Shown here piece by piece: positions 40,549 through 52,159 of a DNA stretch of 64,000 nucleotides. The translations under genes were made by a program, and so were the position numbers. The stretch is from Paraspadella gotoi. Lineage: Eukaryota; Animalia; Chaetognatha. Position 1 is the first letter of the stretch, and every line of letters starts with the position of its first letter. The stretch spans positions 7,916,683 to 7,980,682 of the forward strand of contig CM119267.1 of NCBI GenBank assembly GCA_051294375.1, in the 5' to 3' direction. The notes beneath the pieces are model-generated. The model worked only from the letters and a program-made list of their open reading frames with translations. It was not told the DNA's origin and did not search any database.

Positions 40549-41075
40549 CGTGACGATGTTATTGGCGGCGCCGGCTTCTTTCGCGACGGCGATGAGATCT
40601 ACGAGGACGACGCCGGTATTCGTCCGTAAATTCGGCGTCGTGCCGGACAGCGAAGGGCTCGGCCTTCTTGTCGAGGGGGCGTTGGGGGCGTGGAGTCACG
40701 GGCGTAACGAATGGCGGGTCAAAGGTCCCGGCGCAAGGTGGTAGGAGTGGCGAGAGTGACGGAAATGGCGGCGATGTTGTGATAACGGTGGGTAAGAGTG
40801 ATGGAGTGATTCGAGATGGAAGAGGGCGTGGCGATAATCAGTACGAGGATGATAACAGGAAGTGCGATGCCAGGACTGTCGCCGAAAATGCTGCCAGGAA
40901 ATGCAAGATGATTGGCGCCGAAATTTTGAAGAAAATTGGCGCCGCAATTCTGACGAAGATTGGCGTAAAAAACGGGGACGCGAATGACGCCAGTCACGTA
41001 ATTGACGCGACAAAAATCGAGGCCAAATTTTTTCGGGTAAAACTGGTCGTTGGCGTCCGACCGTTTGCGTCATAG
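40549..41075 (-). CDS. Possible further upstream exon of the same gene
   Basis: GC-rich block ending in ACG|GTAACC at 40548. It has long open stretches (ORF 40696-41136) but one in-frame stop or frameshift. The 5' boundary is uncertain. Confidence 0.25.
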
Positions 41076-42809
41076 CGACATTTGGTTTTTCGTGTCGGTC
41101 CTCGTATTTCGTTGGATGTAGTTTAAAATTGATCAAATCGAAGTTTTAAGTATTTCTTTTTTTTTAAGTTCGAAAACATGTTTTAAATTGGAAAACATGT
41201 TTTTCGTTTTCGCTGTCTCGTAGCCCGAAGCTTCGATTCCCGAAAAGAAACCGAAACCAGAACCGGAAGTCGAGACGAAAATTTTTCGGGACCGGAAGTG
41301 GCGGAGAGAAGTCGGAGGCGTCAGAAGTCAAGGAGGAGGAGGAGGAGGAGGAGGAAGAGGAGCGGAAGACGAAGGCCGGGGTCTCATCTCGGAGGAAAAA
41401 TAAAAAGATGACAAGAGAGGAGGAAGCGATGGAGCCGACTCCTTCTTCTTCTTCTTCCTCCTCCTCCTCCTCCTCTTCATCCTCCTCTTTACCTTTTCAT
41501 TTCTTGGCGAAATTCTTCTTAAAACTCCTCCTCTTCCTCTTCCTCTTCCTCCTCCTCCTCATTTTCTTTTCTATAGAAATCCAAGTCTTGTGAAGCGAGA
41601 AGTCACCGGGAAGGAATTTCGGGTTTTTGTGAGGAGGAAGGAAAGGAAAGGAAAGGAAAGGAAGGAAGGAAGGAAGGAAAGAAACGAGGGGAAAAAAAAG
41701 AAGAAAAGAAGGAAGGAAAAAAGGAAGGAAGAAAAGAAGGAAAGGAGAAATGATAAAGGAGAATGAAAGTAGGACGAAATAAAGGAATGAATTGTGAATT
41801 CTACTAGATACGCAGAAAGATAAAAAAAAAAGAAAAAAGGAAAGAAGAATTGAGCAAAGAAAGAAAATACTACAAAGAAAGAGGAAAATTTGATGAAGTG
41901 GCGTTCTAAAAAGAGTTTGCAAAAACATGACAGGATTAATTGACAGCCGCTCCCTGATCAGGGACAGTAGACGTCTAATATCAAATAGGAAACGGAAAAA
42001 GTTTCATTCACAATTTTGTTGATTGAAAAATCTTTAACGTTTACTAATTACCAGGTCGGTTGGACCAAGTTTTAGTACATTAGTATAACTGTAATTGCGT
42101 CACTTTCTGGATTACTTTGTCGCCGCAATGTAGAAGGTAGCAGGAACAAAAAAAAACAACTTTTTTNNNNNNNNNNNNNNNNNNNNNNNNNNNNNNNNNN
42201 NNNNNNNNNNNNNNNNNNNNNNNNNNNNNNNNNNNNNNNNNNNNNNNNNNNNNNNNNNNNNNNNNNNNNNNNNNNNNNNNNNNNNNNNNNNNNNNNNNNN
42301 NNNNNNNNNNNNNNNNNNNNNNNNNNNNNNNNNNNNNNNNNNNNNNNNNNNNNNNNNNNNNNNNNNNNNNNNNNNNNNNNNNNNNNNNNNNNNNNNNNNN
42401 NNNNNNNNNNNNNNNNNNNNNNNNNNNNNNNNNNNNNNNNNNNNNNNNNNNNNNNNNNNNNNNNNNNNNNNNNNNNNNNNNNNNNNNNNNNNNNNNNNNN
42501 NNNNNNNNNNNNNNNNNNNNNNNNNNNNNNNNNNNNNNNNNNNNNNNNNNNNNNNNNNNNNNNNNNNNNNNNNNNNNNNNNNNNNNNNNNNNNNNNNNNN
42601 NNNNNNNNNNNNNNNNNNNNNNNNNNNNNNNNNNNNNNNNNNNNNNNNNNNNNNNNNNNNNNNNNNNNNNNNNNNNNNAGAGAGATATTGATATTGAAAA
42701 ACGAAAGTGCGAGCTTTAGGCAAGTGCTTTAATCTGCCCTAAAAAGCTACCTTATTTGTAAGTATTTTAGTTTTCTTGAGTTTTCAATGGTACTGAACAA
42801 CAATGAAAA

Positions 42810-42831
42810 TGATAATAATAATAATAATAGC

Positions 42832-42864
<33 letters not shown>

Positions 42865-42890
42865 TATAATAATAATAATAATAATAATAT
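42810..42890. repeat. (AAT)n microsatellite
   Basis: Direct reading. Confidence 0.9.
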
Positions 42891-44052
42891 ATTTGACACA
42901 ATTCATCTCTATAAGTTTTACTTTGTTTTTCTTTGTATTTTCATTTTTACTCCCAATCTACCTACTCTGGACTAACATTTTCCAACTTCTCATTTTCTTT
43001 TTTTTCTACCTATTTTCTTCCTCCTCCTCTCTTTGTCTTATCTGCCTCAATCATGATCCTCAATATTTCCCTTTATAATTTGCTCTTCATTATGAGGCCT
43101 TGTTTTTCTTTAACTTCAGCCCCATATTCGCCTACTTCTAATAAACTTATCCTTCTACAGATTTGACCGCATCCATCTTCTCGCCCTCGCATCGATTCTC
43201 TTCTTTTCCCTCAGCGCCCCCTTCCTATCGCTGCATATGTTCTCACAAATTTTGATTTAATAATCTCATCTAATCAATTTTTGAATTTAAAATATAAACG
43301 GGTTTACATTCTTCTTTTAGTAGGGGTTATCTTAAATAGGTTCACTACAAATTTCAACTCCGGATCTACTGTGAAAGAATTTCAGGAAAACAACTCATAT
43401 ATTGCCAAAGTCTTTCAATTTTTTTTTTTCTATTTNNNNNNNNNNNNNNNNNNNNNNNNNNNNNNNNNNNNNNNNNNNNNNNNNNNNNNNNNNNNNNNNN
43501 NNNNNNNNNNNNNNNNNNNNNNNNNNNNNNNNNNNNNNNNNNNNNNNNNNNNNNNNNNNNNNNNNNNNNNNNNNNNNNNNNNNNNNNNNNNNNNNNNNNN
43601 NNNNNNNNNNNNNNNNNNNNNNNNNNNNNNNNNNNNNNNNNNNNNNCAATCTCTAGAGGGTAGGTTTTTAACTCTTTGTCTCTACGCGAATCAATAATGT
43701 ATCTTAATAGCAGCTAATGAAGGAAGGCGNNNNNNNNNNNNNNNNNNNNNNNNNNNNNNNNNNNNNNNNNNNNNNNNNNNNNNNNNNNNNNNNNNNNNNN
43801 NNNNNNNNNNNNNNNNNNNNNNNNNNNNNNNNNNNNNNNNNNNNNNNNNNNNNNNNNNNNNNNNNNNNNNNNNNNNNNNNNNNNNNNNNNNNNNNNNNNN
43901 NNNNNNNNNNNNNNNNNNNNNNNNNNNNNNNNNNNNNNNNNNNNNNNNNNNNNNNNNNNNNNNNNNNNNNNNNNNNNNNNNNNNNNNNNNNNNNNNNNNN
44001 NNNNNNNNNNNNNNNNNNNNNNNNNNNNNNNNNNNNNNNNNNNNNNNNNNNN

Positions 44053-44525
44053 GATGATGGCTCCTCGTGATTCCCGCCCAAAATGGCCCCGAGACCCAAG
44101 AGGAGAAAAAATGGCAGAGAAAAATAGAAGTTTGGCCTCTGATTGATTGCGGCGGTGGAAGGAGAGGGTAAGGATGATTTGGGTGGAATTGGTGGGTGAA
44201 ATCAGAGGTTCGGAGGTGAATGGAAGTTACGATGCAAAAAAGAAATACACTTTCAGTTTCATGAATTTATTCCGGTAAACTCATAGTTGAAAGAATGAAG
44301 GAAAACGATCTCGGATTTTCCGTCCGTAAAAATTTCAAAGATGAAGTTTAATAAAAAACTAACTAAAAATACTTTATTTTAAAAATCTCTGACTTTCTCT
44401 TTGTTCTCTCTCTCTGTCGCTCAATCTCTCTCTTTCTCTCTCCTTCCAGGATCCTTTCTTTCTCACATTTTCTCTCTCCCAATCTCTATTTTTCTTTCTT
44501 TCTCTCTTCAACCACTTTTTTCACT

Positions 44526-44588
<63 letters not shown>

Positions 44589-46439
44589 CACTCACTCTAC
44601 CCGCGCTGATGAGAAAGGAAGAGGCAAGTGATCAAAATTTCATAAGGAAAAACAATGACGCCATCGTGACGACCGGAGGAATTGGGGAAGAGAAAGAAGG
44701 AAAACTCTGTTTTGGAGGAAAAAAAAAGGAAAGAGAAAAAAATATTTAAAAAAAAAAGAAAGAAAGAAGAGTGTTTTTTGGAGTAACAATCGCTGCTCGA
44801 ATCTTGAGAAGAAAAATCGAGAAAAACTGTAGCCACGTCTAAAAAAAGATGTTGGGGTTGTTTTGTTGTTTTTTTTTACCGAAGGTGGCGCTGTTTTTGA
44901 CGCTGTTGTGGTTTTTTTTCGATCAACGGATTATGTATATGGTACATACGATCTGATTCTTAGATCTAAATTTACTTACCAGGACCAGGCAATCAGTACT
45001 TTTTGTACAATGTACATATAAGCATTAAACTGAAAAAAATTCAAAAACCTTTATATTTCGTAGAACAAATAAACAAGAATCGATAGTTTAAATTTACCCG
45101 GTGACCATTTGAAACCCGCCGCTAGAAAAAAAATTTACCAAAGGAACACGTGAAGAGATTTTAACATTTTGAAAAGAGATACTTAAAGACAAGACATACT
45201 CATTTTTTATGTATAAATATCATTTCTTTCGATTTACTTCTACTTTAACAGGAAGATGTAAAAGATAGCTCAGTTTTAAAGCGACATTGAGGGAACGATC
45301 TACAGTCAAGAGTGGCCGTCACTGGCAAACAGTCGGAATTATTGTATACATCTTTTCGTATAGAATGCTAATGAATTTGAAATTAAAAGATTCNNNNNNN
45401 NNNNNNNNNNNNNNNNNNNNNNNNNNNNNNNNNNNNNNNNNNNNNNNNNNNNNNNNNNNNNNNNNNNNNNNNNNNNNNNNNNNNNNNNNNNNNNNNNNNN
45501 NNNNNNNNNNNNNNNNNNNNNNNNNNNNNNNNNNNNNNNNNNNNNNNNNNNNNNNNNNNNNNNNNNNNNNNNNNNNNNNNNNNNNNNNNNNNNNNNNNNN
45601 NNNNNNNNNNNNNNNNNNNNNNNAAAAAAATGAACATCACCAACAATAACAGCGACAACAACAACTGGAAAGAAAGGGAAGAGACAAAGAGATCAAGCGC
45701 CGAGAGTCATAAAGGCGCCGGCGCGGGGATCATTAGAGAATCGCGCACCATACAAAATTCATGGGCGAAGAGACGCCCGAAAAAATAGGAAAGAAGGGCG
45801 AGNNNNNNNNNNNNNNNNNNNNNNNNNNNNNNNNNNNNNNNNNNNNNNNNNNNNNNNNNNNNNNNNNNNNNNNNNNNNNNNNNNNNNNNNNNNNNNNNNN
45901 NNNNNNNNNNNNNNNNNNNNNNNNNNNNNNNNNNNNNNNNNNNNNNNNNNNNNNNNNNNNNNNNNNNNNNNNNNNNNNNNNNNNNNNNNNNNNNNNNNNN
46001 NNNNNNNNNNNNNNNNNNNNNNNNNNNNNNNNGAAAGAAAGGCAGACAGAGACAAAAAGGGAGTCACAGACTAACCAACAGACAAGGAATGAGAGACAAG
46101 TCATGAAACACAAAAGGCAGATTACCAAAAGAGGAAACGAAATCCCACTTTTGAATCAATAAGATAACGTTATAACATATTACAAATTGTAGCGTTCAAC
46201 GTCAAAAAGCCAAGAAGCCTAAAACATCAAATATTCTAGATATAAGTCAAACAATCTCTTTGCGTAAACAAATTCTGTTCATCTCTGCCGAGTGAAACTC
46301 ATCTCGTCAACTTCAGCCGTGAAAGTCTCCCGTACATGGCGTGGAATTCAGTTTGAGTTGTTGACGTGACATTTCGTCCTCTACTTTGGCTCTTGGACAA
46401 AGCTCGTCGCCAATTGCAACAACAACAACGACGCCGACG

Positions 46440-46495
<56 letters not shown>

Positions 46496-46730
46496 CTTAT
46501 CTTCTTCCCTTCAACGAAAGTATAAAAAAACGAGGCAACACGTCATCGATCCCGGGCGGTTCTCCTCGAATTTTCGCACCCCCCTCTCGTGGGGGAAAGG
46601 GGGGGGGAGCTCCCATGCCCCTCAAGGGTCCATCATCGGGCCACAGATGACCCTCAAAACCTCATCACTTTTTCATGGTGAGGATCCACTGATGGCCAAA
46701 ATGACATAAATTCTCGGGGCCAAAAGATGG
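44053..46730. repeat. Gapped copy duplicated as a noisier, gap-free copy at ~47375-50172
   Basis: Colinear anchors (cgtgattcccgccca, atgacgccatcgtgacgaccggagg, cactggcaaacagtcgg, cctcaaaacctcatcac). Confidence 0.85.
46415..46495. repeat. (ACAACG)n hexanucleotide repeat
   Basis: Direct reading. Confidence 0.9.
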
Positions 46731-49700
46731 AGGAGTGCGGTCGGAACGAGCGAGCGAGAGACGCGGATTATGAGAAGAGACGAGAGGATGAGAGAGAGCT
46801 GGAGAGAGGCCTCTCCTCAAAAGAAAATAAAAAAGAGGAGAAAGGAAGAGAGACGACCGATTTAGTGACGAGAGAAGAGAGAGGAAAGATAGAGGCAAGA
46901 GGTGAGGAGGAGTGAAAAAAGAGAAAGGAAGAAGAAGATGGACGATGACGTGAGGGAGCGATAGAGCATGGTGAGCGGAGAATGAGAGAGAGGAGAGACG
47001 AGAGAGAGAGAGCGGAGAGAGAAGAGATGACGATGAGACGACGGGAGAGAGACGAGAGAGACAGGATGAGAGAGGACTAAAGTTAAGATAGCAAAAATAA
47101 TGTCTGTCAAGTACAAGCCGTACGTCTTTCGTTTTCGCCGGGAGAACTGAGGGTTAAGTTTACTAGAATACTGGTAGGCCGCGTTCCATAGACGTTAAGC
47201 CGCGGGGGTAAGGAGTGCTTCAGGGGGTCGCAAGCCATAGTTCCTACCAGCCGGCGGTCGTCGGTGCGAGTCGCCTTGCCGGGGGTAAGGGATGGCTCAG
47301 GAGTGTGCTTTTGCAAGCATTAGCTGGGGGTGGAGATTGGGAGTAGCTCGGTGTAGTACGGGGGGGGAGAAGGGAGGATCATTGATTGGCCTCCTCTCGT
47401 GATTCCCGCCCAAATATGGCCCCCGAGAGACCCAAAGAGGAGGAGAAAAAAAAATTTGGCAGAGAAAAATAGAAGTTGTCCTCTTGATTGATCTGCAGGG
47501 CGGTGGAAGACGAGGGTCAAGGAAGGGATGATTGAGGTGGAATTGTGTGGGTGAAATCAGAGTTCGGAGGAGCGTGAATGGAAGTTACGATGCTGCCAGA
47601 AAAGGAAATACACTTTCAGTTTCATGAATTATTCCGGCGTTTGGTAAAACTCATAGTTGCAACAGATACATGATCAGGAAACACGATCTCGGATTTTCCG
47701 CTCGCGTTAAAAAATTATTCAAAGATTGAAGTTTTTAATAAAAAAACGTCACCTCGACCTAAAAATACTTTATTTTAAAAATCTTGCTGTACTTTTCTCT
47801 TTGTTCTCTCTCTTCTGTCGCCCTCAATCTTCTCTTTCTCTTCTCCTTCCAGGATACTTTTCTTTCTCACAATTTTCTCTCTGTCCCCAATCTCTATTGT
47901 TCTTTCTTTCTCTCTCTTAACAACCACTCTTCTTTCTCTCTACTGCTTCTTAATCTCTCTCTCTCTCTCTCTCTCTCTCTTTTCTCATCTCCTCTGCTCT
48001 CACTCTTTCCTCTCTCCTCTCTCTTCTTCTCTCTCTCTCTCTCTTCTCTCCTCTGTTACACTCACTTCTACCCGCAGCTGTGAGAAAGGAAGAGGCTAAG
48101 TGAATCAAAATTTCATAAGGAAAAAAAATGACGCCATCGTGACGACCGGAGGAATTGCCGGGTAAGAGAAAGAAGGAAAACTCTGTTGTTGGAGGAAAAA
48201 AAAAGGAACATGAGACAAAAATATTTTTAAAAAAAAGAAAGAAAGAAGAGTGTTTTTTTGGAGTAACAATCCTGCCCTCGAATCTTGAGAAGAAAAATCT
48301 GAGAAAAACTGTAGCCACGTCCTAAAAAAATGATGTGGGGTTGCTTTTTTTTTTTTTTTCTTACCGAAGGTGGCGCTGTTTTTGACGCCTGTTGTGGTTT
48401 TTTTCGATCAACGGATTATGTATTTGGTACATACGATCTGCATTTCCTTAGATCTAAATTTATCTTACTAGCGACCAGGCATATCAGTACTTTTTGTACA
48501 ATGTACATTAAGCATTAAACTTGAAAAAATTCAAAAATCACTTCCCGTTTATATTTCGTAGAACAAATAAACAAGAATCGATAGTTTAAATTTACCGGGT
48601 GACCATTTTGAAACCCGCCTTCCGCTAGAAAAAAAATTTACCAAAGGAAACGTTGAAGAGATTTTAACATTTTGAATAAAGATATACTTAAAGACAAGAC
48701 ATACTCATTTTTTTTATGTATTTAAATATCATTTCTTTTCGAATTTACTTTCTACTTTTAACAGGAGAATGTACAAAGATTAGCCTCCCAGTTTTAAAGC
48801 GGACATTGCATGGGATACGATTCTACTAGTCAAGAGTGGCCGCTCACTGGCAAACAGTCGGAATTATTGTATACATCTTTTCTTTATAGAGATGCCCTAA
48901 TGATTTGAAATTAAAAAGATTTCCGGGTGTAATATCTCACAATCGTCATCTCGGCCACCAATCCGAAATCTGCAAACTTTTGTCACAAGAAATTCCATTT
49001 GCGGACGATTGAATTCACCCCAAGTTATTTTCCAATTCACACTTCTCTCACGCTTGTTATCATACACATCATAACAAAAATGTATTGATACTCATCACCA
49101 ACAATAACAGCCGACAACATACAACTGGAAAGAAAGGAAGAACAAAGAGATCAAGCGCCGAGAGTCATATAAGGCGCCGCGCGCCGGGATCATTACGAGA
49201 ATCGCGCACATACAAAAATTCATGGGCGAAGAGAACGCTGCCGAAAAATTAGGAAAAAAAGAAAGGGGGGCGAGCAAAAGGAAAGAAGGCAGTGAGAGAG
49301 TGCGAGAGAGAGAGAGATGAGAGAGAGAGGAGAGAGAGTAGACGGAGAAGATGAGAGATGAGAAGAGAGAGAGAGAGAGATGAGAGAGAGAGAGAAGATA
49401 AAGTAAACGGCAGACAGAGACAAAAGGAGTCACAGACTACCAACACAAGGAAGAGAGACAGAGTCGATGCAAACACAGAAAGGCAGGATTACCAAAGAGG
49501 GGGATAACGGAAAATCCCACTTTTGAATCAATAATGATAACGTTATAACATATTTACAAATTGTAAGCGTTCAACGTCAAAAAGCCCAAGAGCCTTAAAC
49601 ATCAAATAATTCTAGATATATAAGTCAAACAATCTCTTTGCGTAACAAATTCTGTTCATCTCTGATCCGAAGTGATGAAACTCATCTCGCTCAACTTCAG

Positions 49701-50520
49701 CCGTGGAAAGTCATCCGTACATGGCTGTGGAATTTCAGTTTGAGTTGGTTGACGTGAATTTCGTTCCCTCTTACTTTGGCTGCTTGGACCAAAAAGCTGT
49801 CGCCAATTGCGTAACACACACACGAGCGACTGACGAAACTGACAAGACAACTGAAACTGAACAAACAACGCACAACACACTAACCAACGACAAGACAACG
49901 CAATCGACAACCTTATCTTCTTCCCTTTCAACGATTAAGTATAAATAAAACCGAGGCAAACGTGTTTTCATCGGTATCTCGTCTCGGGGTTCTCCTCGAA
50001 TTTTCCATCGCCCCCCCTCCGTGGTGGAAAGGGGTGGGGGAGCTCCATTGCCCCTCAAGGCGCCATGTTCTATCGGGACAACGATGTGACCTCAAAACCT
50101 CATCACTTTTTCATGTGTTGTAGGATCCTACTGATGCCCAAAATGACTAAATTCTCGGGTGCCAAAAGATGAAATCTCGTAGAGGAATCATTTTTTGCGT
50201 CGTTGGGGTGGGGAGGGAGGGTGTGAGGGGCGAAGGGGAGGAAGAAGAAGGGATGGGTGGGGGGTGGTGGCATCAGGGTTGAACCCTCGGTGCGTTGTTG
50301 GTGTTTGTTAGGTTTCGAGTTTTTCGTACGACAGATGGGTACGTTGGAGACAAGTGGCGAGGGTTAGCCGAGGGGGGTAGAGAGCGGTGATAGAGGAAGT
50401 GGGAAGTAAGGCGAAAACGGCGAATACATTAGGAGGGTGCCGGATCTAAATTGCGACTGCGGGGGAGTGGAGGTCATTTGGGGTTTGCGATGGAGCACAA
50501 GGGGCACACGAGATGGGCAG

Positions 50521-51118
50521 TTAAGCGTCAGTGAAAGTTACCATCGAAAATTCTAAAAGTCAATTATTGAACAACATTACCATCAGTGAACAATTAATTT
50601 TGTAAAAAAAAATTAATTATGTTTTTTTAATTTTCGCAGTAGGTCTATATTTTTATTATAGTACTATCTTATAAATCGAAAAATTTTTAAATAGGCTTTT
50701 TCTTAATTTTGATTGCAGATTTGAATTCCTCGTTCAAAAGTTGATTAAAAAAAATATAAATCATTTTTAAAATTCTTCATTAAGTGGGTTAAAAATTAAA
50801 AAACGTATATTTAATATATAAAAGTTAATTTTCATGCTTAAAGAATATAGTTTTTTCTTTTCTAATTTTTGACCCACTTAATGAAGGAATTTTTTCAAAA
50901 AGAGTTATTATTTTTTTTTATCAACTTTTATGACGAATCCAAATCTGCCAAAAAATCTTTAAAAAAACTGTTTTTGAGAATTTAACATTTATTGGGTTTA
51001 GTACTAGTTATAAATAGTGGCCTACTGCGTTAAATTGGTAAAATTATATTATTAAATTTTTTTATTACATAAATGTTCATAAGTATTAATGTTGTTTGTT
51101 CGCTCACTTTTTAGATTT
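50521..51118 (+). mobile_element. Foldback hAT-like MITE, second insertion site (noisy copy, cut by a 25-N gap)
   Basis: Colinear with 9910-10486 and preceded by ATGGGCAG (50513-50520). Confidence 0.8.
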
Positions 51119-51496
51119 NNNNNNNNNNNNNNNNNNNNNNNNNTGCCAAAAGATGAATATCCGTAGAGGAATCATTTTTGCGTCGTTGGGTGGGGGGGGA
51201 GCGGTGTTGAGGGGGAAGGGGAGAAAGAAGGGAGTGGGTGGGGGGGTGGTGGCAAGGGTCTGAACCCGTCGTCGTGTTGGCTGTTTGTTGGTTGAGTTTT
51301 TCGGACGACAGAGGAGGTCTGGTTGACGCAAGTGGCGAGGGTTTGAGCCGGGGGGTAAGAGCGGTGATAGAGGATAGGGGAAGTAAGGCGAAAAACGGCG
51401 AATACATTAGGAGGGTGGGATCTAAATTGCGATGTCGGGGGAGTGGAGTCATTGGGGTTTGCCGATGGATGCACAAGGGGCAGCCGAGATGGCGCG

Positions 51497-52159
51497 TTAA
51501 GCGTCAGTTTAGTGATGTTACTCGAATTCTAAAAGTCAATTTGAAACAACATTACCATCTAGTGAACATTTAATTTTGCTAAAAAAAATTAATTTATGTT
51601 TTTTTAATTTTCGCAGTATGGTCTATATTTTTATTATTAGTACGTATCCTTATAAATCGAAAAAATTTTAAATAGGCCTTTTTTTATTTTGCATTGACAG
51701 ATTTGAATTCCTCGTTCAAAAGTTTGATAAAGAAAATATAAATCATTTTTAAAAATTCTTCGAATTAAGTGGGTTAAACAATTAAAAAACGATATATTTA
51801 ATATTATATAAAAGTTATATTTTCAGCTTAATAATATTTAGTTTTTTCTTTTTAATTTTTGACCCACTTAATGAAGGAATTTTCTCAAAAGAGTTATTGA
51901 TTTTGTTTTTATTCAACTTTTTATGACGAATCCAAAATCTGCAAAAAGATCCCTTAAAAAAACTGTTTTATGAACTTTAGACATTATTGGTTTAGTAGTA
52001 TATTATATAAATAGTGGCCTTACTGCGTTAAATTTGCTAAAATTATTATATAAAATTTTTTTTTACCATAAAATGTTTCATGTATTAATGTTTGTTTGTT
52101 TCGCTCACTTTTTAGATTTTAATTAAAGTTAAATTTAGGGAATTATTTTACTAGCCTTA
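51497..52159 (+). mobile_element. Foldback hAT-like MITE, second insertion site (redundant noisy full-length copy)
   Basis: Same body with degenerate TIRs (ttaagcgtcagt ... actagcctta) and the same left flank as the 50521 copy. Confidence 0.75.
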
